The notes under the pieces were generated by a model. The model saw only the letters and a list, made by a program, of their open reading frames with translations, ran no database searches and was not told the origin of the DNA. Positions 13,291-25,961 of a DNA stretch of 64,000 nt are shown in pieces. Location of the stretch: the NCBI RefSeq assembly GCF_000497125.1, contig NC_090601.1:248001-312000 (forward strand), read 5' to 3'. This stretch comes from Spironucleus salmonicida (lineage: Eukaryota). The stretch's first letter is position 1, and each line of letters begins with the position of its first letter. The translations under genes and the position numbers were made by a program.

Positions 13291-13530
13291 ATGGGAGCCT
13301 GTGTAGATATCCTATCTAAAGAGTAAAATATAAGAGTTTGTAGGATGAATGATCGATAAAAATCATAAGGTTATGATTTTTCAGTCCCTCCTAATATGTT
13401 GTATTATAGCAAAGATAATACAACAGATAGAGCTAGGAAAAGTGCAAGTACCCTAGATTTTCATTCAAATAGATAGCTTTCAACACTTTCATAAGAATCT
13501 TTAAGGCAAACAAATTAATAGTAATAGTGA
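13291..13530 (+). CDS. Small protein, 79 aa, with N-terminal MGAC (possible myristoylation/palmitoylation)
   Basis: ATG after an A-run; open to an AGTGA stop. Confidence 0.5.
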
Positions 13531-13559
13531 AACAATATAAATACACTTAAGTCAATAAA

Positions 13560-13715
13560 TCAATGTTTTCTTCTTCCAGTTTTTACTTTTTCTAATTTCG
13601 GTAAATTACCAGTATCAGAATCCTCTTTGGTTTCTTTAAGATTGAGCTTATATTCTTTCTTCTCTTATAGTTCTTCGTATTTCTTATCGGAAATTATTCC
13701 AACAAAAGCGCCCAT
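13560..13715 (-). CDS. Possible small charged protein, 51 aa (MGAFVG...GRRKH)
   Basis: Short open frame convergent with the previous ORF; no recognisable motif. Confidence 0.3.
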
Positions 13716-14566
13716 TATTAAAATGTTAATTGTATGAAATTATATATTACCCGAATTTCTAATATTTTATACATTTTAATTTGATCTTTAATTAAATTCT
13801 ATTAGATATAGAAAAATAAAACTCAACTTATAATTATTATTCAATAATATTTTTTGAATTAAATTAAATTAAATTTTAATATTATGACTAGACGTAATAA
13901 TAAATTATGTATTAAATATGTTTATTAACTTACTAATTGTTTAATTTAACATATAGCTAGCATAAGTATACAATAAATTTTACCTACGCAGGGAAAATAT
14001 GTAACCTAATAAAATACATTCATATCTTATGAAAATAAAGAATTACTATAATAATCATCTCAAGGCCAGAATAAGTATTTGATGAATTCCTGTAGTCATT
14101 TTTATTTACATTTATTATTATTAATATATTTTCACGTATATTTAATGATTCTCATAGTGTAATAATTCAACAGTAAACCAAGATAAAACCTACTAATATG
14201 ACAAAAAAACCTGTTAAATACAAGTAAAATAAATTATCTTGTATATGTAAAGAAAAACCTCGCTTCCTAGTATCTACAGATTTTTATGTCTATGATTCAT
14301 TTAATAAAGCGATAGAGTTAGAATCATCGTGATTATAAAATTTATATTCCTTTACTATAATAGGAAAATAAAGAAATATTGGGTTGTCATCGAAAACAGT
14401 TTCTAGATTTGAATCTTCGTAAAGTAAATCGTCTAACTGCTATATTTATGACTCTTTCATATCTAAATCATCTTAAACGTCTGAAAACTCAATTGATGAG
14501 GAATATCGCATCCAAATTACTACTGGATTATCATATTGTATATATTATTATATTTGCTAAATAAAA

Positions 14567-14950
14567 ATGTTCGGTATCGCTCAAAAAACAACTATTTAAC
14601 AAGAAGTGTAACAACCACAGTCCAAAGAACATCACACACTTTACTAAATTGAGTAGTTCTACAATTCATTTTTATCCAAAAATTTACTACAACTGCAGCA
14701 GCAACAGCAAACAATCGCCGAAAGGATTTCACAAGCGCTCTACATGATCGAGCTGTGTGATCTATCGAAGGCCAAACTCAAGCCGTAACCCATGCCAGAT
14801 TTGTAATCCTTAGTAGACGCGTCGGCGCTGAACTCAATTTCAGAGTACCTAGAATTTCTGAAATCTCACGGAACCTTCTAGCGCGGCACGTTTAGCGCAC
14901 ACCTGGCGCACTTCCAGAAGAGGCTGCAGAAGTTGTTGACGGTAGAATGA
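14567..14950 (+). CDS. Hypothetical protein, 127 aa
   Basis: ATG 14567 to TGA 14948; converges on alpha-COP with a 14-nt gap. Confidence 0.65.
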
Positions 14951-14964
14951 TATTATAATTTTGC

Positions 14965-17900
14965 TCACTCAACGACCCCGCCCTCGCACACAGCGCAGAC
15001 CTGGCCCTCCTCGCCGCCGCTGCCGCAGCACTGACACTCGAACTTGCATACTACTATTTTCATCGTCTGGAAATTGACGGAAAAGTCAAAGTCCGTGACA
15101 ATCTCCTCGCCGCCCTTACAGTGCAGATACTGTTGTGCCTTCTCTTCGTACTCGGCAGATTTGAGCTGCCGCCCGACCTGCTGCAACTCGTAGCCGCACA
15201 TGCGCGCTAAATTACCAAAGTTATTCTTTTTGAGCTTCACACATGCAGATTTGAGCGCTTTTGCCCTATGTTGTGGGAGCAACGACTGCTGAGCAAAAAT
15301 AAGTAGGAGTGATGCAAGCTGTCGTGGTTCTTGCACCTGCTAGCGCATGATTTCGGCCATAAGGCCCCGAATGTAAGCGATAGAAAGGTACTGGTTTTGT
15401 TGATTCAGATTCAGGAATTTATACTAAATAAAGGCCGTTTTGAAAGATTCCAATGATACTGTGAAGTTTCCTTACGTTGTTTGGTCGATCGCCTGCTTGA
15501 ATAGAGTTTCAGTCGATTTTGCATCAAATTAGAGTTAATTATTATTGTTCTTAGCTTTTTCGATAATGTTCTTGACTACTGGCGTTGGAGACAATCCAGT
15601 TAGCCTAAATACTTAAGAATTTGGGTTTAATAAATCTGGGAGGTTACTATCCGTATGAGAAGAGCCTTCTGAAGACCAATTGTCTTATTCATTCGTTTTT
15701 TACTATTATTCTGGTAATTTATGATCTAATTATTCTGGTTCTTCCTTGTCGTCAGACCATTAGCCGTTGTTCTCAATCGGATCCATAGCAATCTCTTCAA
15801 TGGGCTAGAGTTCTTCCACTGGAAGATTTATTTTCCAGTTTTTAAGTTAGTTCTTGCGCATCGGTATTGGCAGAGCTTTTCCCTATTTTAATAGTTTTTC
15901 ATCTAGTTTATCTGCATCAAGAACTTCATACATTATATTACGAGACTCTGCAAAAACCTAGGCTGCTGCAGTTAAGCCACAATCGTGTAATGTAATTAAA
16001 AACTCTTTATTATCACCCATCATCATTGATGCGTTAAATCTTTACTAAATAGAACAATTGCTATAATTTAATGGTTCATTTGAGCTATTTAAAACATTTA
16101 TATAAGCCTGTTTTTCACAGCTTGAATATTAAAAGGCTTTACGCCACTGCTGCTACTTTTCACATTCAGTAATATATTCAGGAATGAATTATGGTAATAC
16201 TGAATCAGGAATTTCACCTAAATCGATACTTAACTTCTATTTTAATAATATATTACTTTCAGGTACTAATTATAAAGCCTCTTTATTAAAGCAACAACTC
16301 ATAAGCTTACCTACTAGAGCATTGCCTAAATTGGACTTCTTTACTCTTTTGAGTAATATCTAAACATCCCCTGTTCTATCATCTGCGATAGCAGTCATAA
16401 GGCCACAAACTCTGGAATCGAACTCCATAGCAAAAGGTTCGCAATTTTAATCTAATAATAACATTTATTAGCCTAATACCTATTGTATAAACAAAATCTT
16501 GTTGAGAGATGTAATAACACCAGATATATCTTTACTAGGACAAAGATATAAAACATGAGTAGCATTAGTAAAAACAAGTGTTTATCTTGGTGAAGATTCA
16601 AAACCTCTACCTAAATTACCAAAGCACATAGATAAAATCTAAGAAGATGATTTAAAAGACGAAATCATCTTATAATTTCTATCTAAAATGAAAGCAGACG
16701 AAAAAGATCTGATGCCAATGAAACTTTCAGTAGAAAACGCAAAGCCTCGAGGTGAGAATGGCAATGATAACTATTATTTTACAATAATAATGTCATCTTG
16801 TATTTATACAACATCTATATCACCTTTATCATAACACAATAGACACTCATTTGATTCGAAACCATTAATTAAAAATGTACTTACCTTAGTTAATTAAATC
16901 TTACTAATAACAGCGACTCCATCAGTTGAAGGAGTTCCTATGTTTAGCTATCCATTAATAACAAATGCTACTTGCGTTTTATTTATTTTGATAATATTAG
17001 ATTCTGTTTGAAAAGGTACAGAGGCTTAAGAAGCCAACGACATTAATGTGCATGCCGTTTTATTTACTCCATCATCATATGCAAGTACTATTGGATAAGG
17101 TTCGCCTATATTTAAAAGTTATTATGGTATTAACACTCTTTTTCCAGCTCCGAATGATCCAGATCTCGCTACCTATGATGTAACTTTATTGTATTTTTAA
17201 TCGTTTGAGTTAGTAATATTTACGGATTGTAAAATCCCATTTTTGATAAAATATGATTATCCTTTATTTTCAGTTGAAGCAATGAACTAATTATCTAAAA
17301 TGTTAAAAATAATAAGTCCTTAATCATGGCCTGCTGCCCATAAAGATTACTTTGGATGCTCAGATAAACACCAAAATCGTGTTGGCATTGAATTTTATGG
17401 TTTAATACCATAGTCCTGACAAGTTAAATTTCCAATATATGTCTTAGACTTTTATTCGTAAACTCTAATAGTACCATCAGATGAAGCTGATACAACCACA
17501 TTATCTTTACCTACTTCCACAGCATTAACATTACCACTGTGACCAGTCAATGTACTATGAGTATATAAAGTAGCATCTATTCCTAGAATTTCATCTTTTT
17601 CTGGCTTTCCTCTTAACAACCTCCATTCTCTTACAGAATAATCATCTGAAGATGAATATAGTGAATCATTTTCACCCCAAGATACCCAATTAACACCTCT
17701 TGTGTGAGATTCTCCATTAATTGATATCGATAATGTGCATTAAGGCAAGTTCAAAACTTATTATAACGTCTTTTCTACTATATTTTTCTTCAAACCTACA
17801 GAACGACTTATCTTTGATAAATCCCAAACCCTAACCGTTGAATCTAATCCTGCAGTAGCAAGCAAATCATCTCTTGGGTGGAACTTGGCACACATTGCAA

Positions 17901-18312
17901 ACTCTTTATGCCCAGTACAACTACCTACACAACTTCTACTCTACCAATTCCAAATTTTGACACTACAATCATCACTAGCTGAAACTATCCAAGGTCTAAT
18001 TTTATGAAACTCTATAAATCTAATATAATCCGTATGGCCTTATAAAGAAGCGATTTCTTTACGATTTTCCAAATCCCATAATTTGATTTAGCGATCATCA
18101 GATCCAGTAGCAAAAATTGGCTATGATTCATGGAATGCGCATGCTCGTACAGGAGCAGAATGGGCCATGAACCTTTCAACCAAAGCACCCACAACATAAT
18201 CATGAAGTTCTACAAAACCATCATGGCATGCTACCAAAACCCATGGTCTACGAGGATGAAAAGCAACAGATTTAACCCTGGTTGTTTAAAGGTTGAAAAC
18301 AAGCTATGGCAT
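14965..18312 (-). CDS. COPA: Coatomer (COPI) alpha subunit, about 1115 aa
   Basis: TRVKSVAFHPRRPWVL, GHTDYIR..FH...PWIVSASDD..KIWNWQSR, FHPRDDL, RFW...HP...AAGHD WD40 motifs; C-terminal CxCC...CxxC. Confidence 0.93.
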
Positions 18313-18541
18313 ATTAAAACGTAGAGGATTTAAAATATAGTACTTATTATTATAAATAATTGATTAATTGAGTAAAATTAATTATATTATTTATATATAA
18401 TAATATTATATTTAATAAAATTATCTTAAAAATAAAATTATTCAAAAATATAAACTATCATGATAAAAGACTATTAGAGTCATATAGATTAATTTCACAT
18501 TAAATAGGCAAATAATTAATTATGATATATAAAATGATCAC

Positions 18542-18733
18542 TCATTATATTCCAATAAAATCTATTTGCTGAAAACTAACCATTAATGTTTTAAATGATT
18601 ATCCTTATGATTTAGCCAATACTAATAGGATGTTATTAAATTAATCAAACTAATTTAATTATCCTTCAATATATTCACCATGTTTGGTATATATAGCCAC
18701 AAATTTATTCAAAAACTAATTTAAGTCGCTCAT
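18542..18733 (-). CDS. Sm/LSm family protein, 63 aa
   Basis: LNQFLNKFVAIYTKHGEYIEGQLNQFDQFNNILL is an Sm1 motif, followed by an Sm2-like LMVSFQQIDFIG. Confidence 0.75.
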
Positions 18734-18809
18734 ATTAAAGAAAAGTAAGAGAGTATTATAACATATAAAATTAATAATAAATATAAAATTAATAATTAAT
18801 AATTTCAAG

Positions 18810-19205
18810 TCACAGTCTGAATAATCTTCTTGTAAACTCTTCTATCTGCAAAGTTTCCTCATTTTACACATCAAGCTATTTAAATATTTTATCACAGTAA
18901 TCATTATCTTTCAAAAGCGACCTTACATGGACCATATTTACTTTTCCCTCAAATGTATTATCTAAATTAACTAATAGCTTTTTTAAAATATCCTCTTTAT
19001 CCTTAGGCCTTTAAGTTATTTTGAATTATGCGCAAAATGTTGAAAAGTCATATTATTCAACATCTTCTGGAAGTTCGGGTGTAAATCCCTATGATTAAAC
19101 TGCTAGCATAACTTAGTCTGCACTCAAATAACTTTTTTATTCTGTATCTAAAATTTTAAAAAGCTGTAACAAGACGTTTTTTTGTTATGGGTCAATATCA
19201 TCCAT
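18810..19205 (-). CDS. Degenerate calmodulin/centrin-like EF-hand protein, 131 aa
   Basis: LFKILDTEQKSYLSADQV, LDNTFEGKVN and IFKQLDVQNEETLQIEEF are EF-hand-like segments. Confidence 0.65.
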
Positions 19206-19309
19206 TAAAATTTAATAACAAATTACTGTATTTATATATTTTTGAATATATTTATTGACAATACTTAATCATATTATACTACATATAAGATTTTGTATAC
19301 TTATTTAAA

Positions 19310-20503
19310 ATGGAAAACTATGTTTGTAATATCGCATACTTAGCTGTTTAATGTGGAGTTAATGTTAAAAAAGGAGACACTGTCTTTGTTTCGGCTCCAG
19401 TAGATGCTGTATCTCTAGCAAGAGAAATTACAAAAAATGCTTATAATTCTGGTGCTGATAATGTTGTAGTTAACTTTTCAGATGATATTATCAATAAACA
19501 GAAATTACTTAATGCACCAGATAAAATTTTAGAAACATTCCCGTAATATGATGCTGATAAATTTTTATCATAGCTAGAAAACAAATCATCCTTTTGCACT
19601 ATCTCTATCATTGCTAATGACCCTAACATTATGGCAGAAGTTCCTACTGATAAATTTTAAAAGGTATCGAAGGCTCGTTTTTCTCATATGAAAAGCTATT
19701 ATGAAGCTGCACATAACGATGAATTTAGATGGACTGTAATATCGTTTCCAACTGAGTCTTGGGCGAAGGCAGCGGGAGTTACATTGAATGAACTCATAGA
19801 ATTTGTTGCGGAGGCTTCAGTTACTAAAGGTTCCTAGTAAGATTGTTTAAATCATATCAATGAGGTAGACAAAACACTCTAAAATCGTTGCTAAAAACTT
19901 AATAATTTAAATTTTAAATAATTTAAATATACTACAAAAAGAACAAATTTTATAGTTGATATGCATGAATCACATATTTTTTTAGGAGGTTCTACTAAGA
20001 CTAATGACATCTTGTAATAAAAATTCTACCCGAACATACCAACTTATGAAGTTTTTTCTGCTCCTTTAAATTGTAATGGAATTATATATGCGACCCGTCC
20101 ATTGTCGTATAATGGAAACATTATTTCTGATTTTTATTTGAAGTTTGAAAATGGAGATGTAGTTGACTTTGATGCAGTATAAGGTAGAGATATTTTATAA
20201 GAGCTTATCATGACTGATGCAGGATCCAAGAGATTAGGAGAAATCGCTCTAGTTAGCTAAGATTCACCTGTCTGTGCTACTAAATTTCTTTTCTTGGAAA
20301 CATTATTTGATGAAAATGCTAGTTGCCATTTTGCATTAGGTAGTGCATATACTGTTTGTGGTAAAGGCGAATGGTTGAATAATAGTTCAAAACATGTTGA
20401 TTTTATGATAGGTGATTCAGATTTGCAAATAATTGGAATTACTAAAGATGATAACCAAATAGTTATTATGTAAAATGGTGTTTTTACAATCTAATTCTAG
20501 TGA
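19310..20503 (+). CDS. Aminopeptidase, family M29 (AmpS/PepS/aminopeptidase T type), 397 aa
   Basis: GVNVKKGD, NIPTYEVFSAP, TRPLSYNG, LGEIALV, TLFDENASCHFALGSAY, SSKHVDFMIG. Confidence 0.93.
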
Positions 20504-20561
20504 TATATACTATAATAACAATATACAATTATATCACTTAGATCGCTTCTTTTCTTATAAT

Positions 20562-20873
20562 ATGAACAACGAGCCTAGGTTTTTAAAAAATAGTGCCTAC
20601 TTTATTGCATTCTAGGAAGCATTACTTAGTTTAGGCTATTAGGTTCAGAGTCAAAAAGAGGCAATCCGCCTATATCTAAGACTTCGAAAAAAACATAAAA
20701 TCAATCCTCGTGATCAGTTTATGATGAAAGTGGCCTAAAACTATAATATACATTATCCTATTAAGCCTATTAACAATATTTAAGCATCATAATATTTTTA
20801 AAAAACCTTTTAAAAATAAAAAAAATAATCTAGAAAATTAAATATTAGCATTTTATAGCTGATTGATCGGTGA
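20562..20873 (+). CDS. Hypothetical basic protein, 103 aa
   Basis: Open frame ATG 20562 to TGA 20871. Confidence 0.5.
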
Positions 20874-20900
20874 AATTCAACCTGGAGTGACTCAAATTTA

Positions 20901-21641
20901 TCAGTTTAGTAGGAAATGGAATACCTTGTGCTTAGAAAATATATTTCTATGTATTTCGAACTAAATTTCCAACTGTTGACTAAGTTTTATAAAACTATCA
21001 ATTTTGGTCAAATTTATACTTTTTATTTCTCCAGTAACTATATAGGATGATTATGATTATACTATAACATCCAAATTTTAACTAAATTTAGTTACTTTTT
21101 AACATTTAGTTGAGCATTGTATAATTTCTTAAAAATTACAAATAAAGTCTTTCAGTTCATGTTTATTGTTATTATTAATAACAATTTCGAATAGCAGTGT
21201 TTCATTTTAATATTATATTTGTGCAGCAACATTAATATTATTTATTGTAAACTCATAGGAATACTCTTTATTAATATTTGTAAAAATAGGAACAATTTCC
21301 AAATGTGTACTTTACGAAATGATTTTATTTTATTCATATTCACAATATAATTCTAATTTTGAACATCCATATTAATTAGAATATTACGGCAACGCATCAG
21401 ATGATATACTAATATTAAACCCATATATTATTTAGTCATCTATTTCTTGATTTAATAATAATATTTTTGAGATTTTAAAAATAGTGTTTACTTCTTATAA
21501 TTTATGATTATACTCTCTTTGCATGCAAATAATTTTTAAATACTTTAACCTAGTTATCTACTATTATGTGAGTGGGGTCAATATTACTTATCCTTCGATT
21601 TCCTTATCTGTTTAATCAGAAACTTTTATTTCAATTTTCAT
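20901..21641 (-). CDS. Arrestin-fold-like protein, 246 aa
   Basis: Fully open frame; IEGQVIL and YGFNISISSDALPQYSNQYG resemble the arrestin-N segments V.G.V and YPF.F.LP..LP.S...YG. Confidence 0.5.
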
Positions 21642-22069
21642 TTAAGTAAAATGGTTCGTATCCTAAAGTTATCTAATAATAATTTCAATAAAATATATTA
21701 TATTTACATTTTCAAATAATTATTTTATTTTTAAGTATTATTTTATCCTTATTTTTTATATATTCAAAGTATGAAGTATTGTATTATTATGCAAGGAAAT
21801 TAGTTCGAACATTAATATATAATTATATGTATTAATTTTAGCATTTGCAGATATTAAGTTAATCATTTAATTATTGCTAAAAACTTATATATTTGGTAAT
21901 TTTTGCAATTTAGATCCAAAATATATACCAGGTATTACGCAGCTTACAAATATAGCACTTGTTAGAACCCATTCAAAAATGCATATACATTTTATATATT
22001 TTTGTTCATTATTATTTATATATAAATTTTTTAATATTATCTAACATTTTCTCCCACTCCTTTGATATT

Positions 22070-25000
22070 ATGAGAATAGAGGCGGAGCTCCTTAGACCTA
22101 GAAAGTTTAGATTTTTCTTAATTCTTCTTTATCTAGTTTACATAATATATTTCTGTATTCTATACTACGTGCGTAGTCTAACAGTATCAAAGTTTTTCTA
22201 ACTTCCAGAGGATGATTAAGTTCTTCATTATTCTAGCGAAGAAATTGATATGGCCAAACAGTTTAACCAAGTTTTAGATCCCATTAAGCTCTCACCTAGT
22301 AATATACTATTTAGGTGGAGTCATACTGATTTATACGATGGTACCAAACTTTTGCTCCTCCTCCCAGTAGCTGTCCATCTCATTTACCTTCTATTCGTGC
22401 ATTGGTCGGATTCTTTCAGAGCTCGTGCCATCTTTGTGTAAACAAATAATCCAGATTTAGCTCACTTCGCGAAACTGCGTATATTTACTGATGAAACATC
22501 CTCCAGAATTGTATTAGTGAAAGTTAAACATCAGATTTATATGAAAAATCAGGTTTAGTAGATTGAATTTGAAGGAGAAAAATATTAACTAATACTTGAG
22601 GATGGGATATTGCGCCTAAGAACATTATATGAAAATTACGATATTTCTTAATTTGATTTAACCAGCAGAAGTTTAACGAGTAAACAGCATTACTAAAGTA
22701 TTGTTGATTATGGGGAAAATCGTATTATCTTGAATTATCCTAATTATTTGCATATTTTAAAAGACTAAATATTATCACCATATTTTGCTTTTCAGATATT
22801 TACGTCAGTACTTTATGCAGTGGATAACTTTGCAACTTATTCCATTTTCAGTATTGCGATGTTAATTTTTGTTGAAGGAGCAAATGTATTTTAAAAATTT
22901 AATTCATTGAAATAAACAGTTAAATTAGCACCATAGCCTGTTTTAGTTTGTGTAAGAAGAGAAGATACGGAATAATACGTTTCTAGCTCTAGTTTAGTGC
23001 CTGGAGATACTATTTTATTTTATAAAAAGGACTATTCCCATGATAATGTTGCAGCAGTTGGTAAGTAGAAGAAGACGTAACCAACATATAATCCATTACA
23101 TTAGATTGCTGGGTTTAAAGTTATGTAGAAATTTTAAGAAATACTGTTTGCAAAATATTATGATGAAGGAATCTGCAAACATTTAAATAAAACAAAATTT
23201 TCTCATGTATTTCCAGTTGACATGGTAATTACTTAGGGTTAATTGATTGCTGATGAATCTATATTAACCGGTGAGTAAACTTCTTAAATCAAAGAAGCTA
23301 TTGATAATGAATAAATATAAGATACCTCCTTAATTTCTTCATATAATAAAGTTTTTGGCGGAACTTATTTGATTTAAATACAGTCTGATTTCGTTGAAGG
23401 TATTGTTACAAAGACAGCTGGATAAACGGAATAGGGTACACTGATTAAAACTATTGCCTTTAATGAAGAAAGAATGAACGTCACCACTAAGGATAGTTTA
23501 GTATTTTTACTGATTATGTTTGTTGTGGCCACAATTTCTGCAGTTTATTGTTTTATTAGAGGTTATCAATCTAAAATCGCTACAATTTCAAAATTATCCT
23601 TAGAAACATTGATGGTATTAGTTAATGTTATACCTCCTGATCTTCCAACTGAATTATCAATGTGTATTAGTAACTCTATTAGAGAAATTCGTAAGAAAAA
23701 AATTTTCAGCACCGAACCTTATAGAATTCTAAATGCTGGTAGATTATCTTATGTTTGTTTTGATAAATCTGGAACATTAACTTAATCGGATATTAAGGTT
23801 TTAGGAGTAGATGATTAATTATCATCTACTAGTGTTAAGAATATTTTAGAAAAAGTGAAACTTTAGTAATAAAAGTTTACTACTTCTGAGTTGGCAACTG
23901 TTACAATTTCTGCATGTCAATCAATTAATATTGTTAATGGTAAATTTTTTGGTGATATTTTAGAAGTTAATGCTTTTAAAGCTATTGATTCCTAAGTACT
24001 TGATGTTAATACAGTTTAAGTTAAAAATAATAAAATAGACATTATTAAAAGATTTTATTTTAATTCAAACTTGAAAAGAATGTCAGTTGTAGCAAAATAT
24101 AAGGGTAAGTAATATATCTTTGCTAAGGGTGGTCCTGAAATTATTTAATAGCTTTTGGTTAATGTTCCATAATACTATGATAAAACAGTTGAAACATATG
24201 TTAAACGTGGATTAAGAGTATTAGCCCTTGCTTACAGAGAAATTAACTATGATAATTAACCTAGAACAGAAATAGAGCAAAATTTAATTTTCTTAGGATT
24301 ATTAATCTGTCAAACGCCTCTCAAGCTTGATACTGCTGCGGCTATTCAAACTCTTCATGCATCAAACCATAAACTTAAAGTCATATCAGGCGATCATGTG
24401 TTAAATGTCGCGATTACAGCTTAGCAATGTGGTATCATTGGCAGCTAGTAAATATATATTATCAATGATTTGATCGATGGTAAATACTTATGTAATGAAT
24501 TGGCTAGTAACGAAGAAATGTAACTTACAGTAGAAGAGTTAATTTAATCATAATTCGCTTTTTGCTTAACAAATTCTAATTAAATGTTAGAACTATGCAT
24601 TAAGAATAAAAAGATCATTGAAAAAGTAACTGTATTTGCTAGAACTACTCCAGTTTAAAAATAACTAATTATATCCAGCATGAAAGGAGATAGTGAAGGC
24701 AAAGTTGCTTTTGTTGGTGACGGGTGTAATGATTTGAATGCATTATAAGCGGCTGATGTTGGTATAGCTTTAATGGAGGAGGTATGTGAAGAAGTTAAAC
24801 AGGCTGAAGAAAAATAAGCAGTACCTTATCCTTCTATTATGGGGCCCAACAATGCTCCAGCACCATTTTAATAAATTGTAGCAGAAGCATAAATGAGAGC
24901 ATAGAGAAAGAATACTGGATATAGACAAGAGTTATAAATTTTAATAGCTGAGTAGACACACTACAAAAGATTTTTAGCATTTTAGAAACGCAAAGATAAA

Positions 25001-25786
25001 GGTGGTATCATGTCTATGTGGAGTGAAGCTTTAGAATAAGAAGAGGAAAACGAAGATATTAAGATGGGTGATGCTGCTATCGCTGCTTAGTTCACAGTTA
25101 AATCTGGTAGTCTAAACGGTGTACTAGATATAATTAGATAAGGAAGATGTGCATTAACGACTGTTTAAATGAACTTTAAGACAACCGCTTTATAATGTTT
25201 AATTGGCGCCTATTCTATGACTGCTATGACACTTTCTGGTGTTAGATAATCTGATGCTTAGTTAATCGCTTCATCTTTGCTTTCTATGATTGTTTTAATG
25301 AATATTTCGAAAGCGAAAGAATCTAAAATTATTTCTAAGGTTAAGCCACCTAAAACTATCACTGGGCCTTATTTAGTATTATCAATGTTTGGATAGGCAA
25401 TAATTCATATTTCTAGTTTGTGGTATGCATAGTCTTTAGGAGGAGCAGTTCATAAAACAGTAGGTTTTGGTGTTAAATTCGAACCATCACAAGTTAATAC
25501 TATAGTATTTTACGTTAGATTATTTTTAGATGCTTGTGTTACTTTAGTTAATTTCCCTGGAAGACCACATATGTAGGCGATTACTGAGCACAGGCCAGTA
25601 GTTTTGGGTATATGTGGCTATGTTATAGCAATGATCGCATTGATGTTTGAATAAATTCCAGATTTAAATTCATAATTAGGTCTTTTAAGCTTAGATGAAG
25701 CTGTTAGATTCAAGATATTAATATGTTGCTTTATTGATTTTGTTGGCTGTTATGTAATAGAAGAATTTTGCAAAAAGACATTCTGA
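22070..25786 (+). CDS. P5A-type ATPase (Spf1/ATP13A1-like), 1238 aa
   Basis: PPDLPTELSM, TEPYRI..AG...CFDKSGTLT (phosphorylated Asp), KGGPE, ISGD, VFAR, GDGCND, IRQGRCAL. Confidence 0.93.
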
Positions 25787-25961
25787 TTGATTATCATTTA
25801 TTATACTATATTTTTACTATTTTTATTTTCTACTAAAGAACAAAAAATTAATATATGCAAATTATATATTATTATCTTCAATCAACCTGCTAAAATAACA
25901 AATAAAAAAGCCAAATAAATTATTAATTATTATTATATATTAAATTATCAATAAAATAAAA

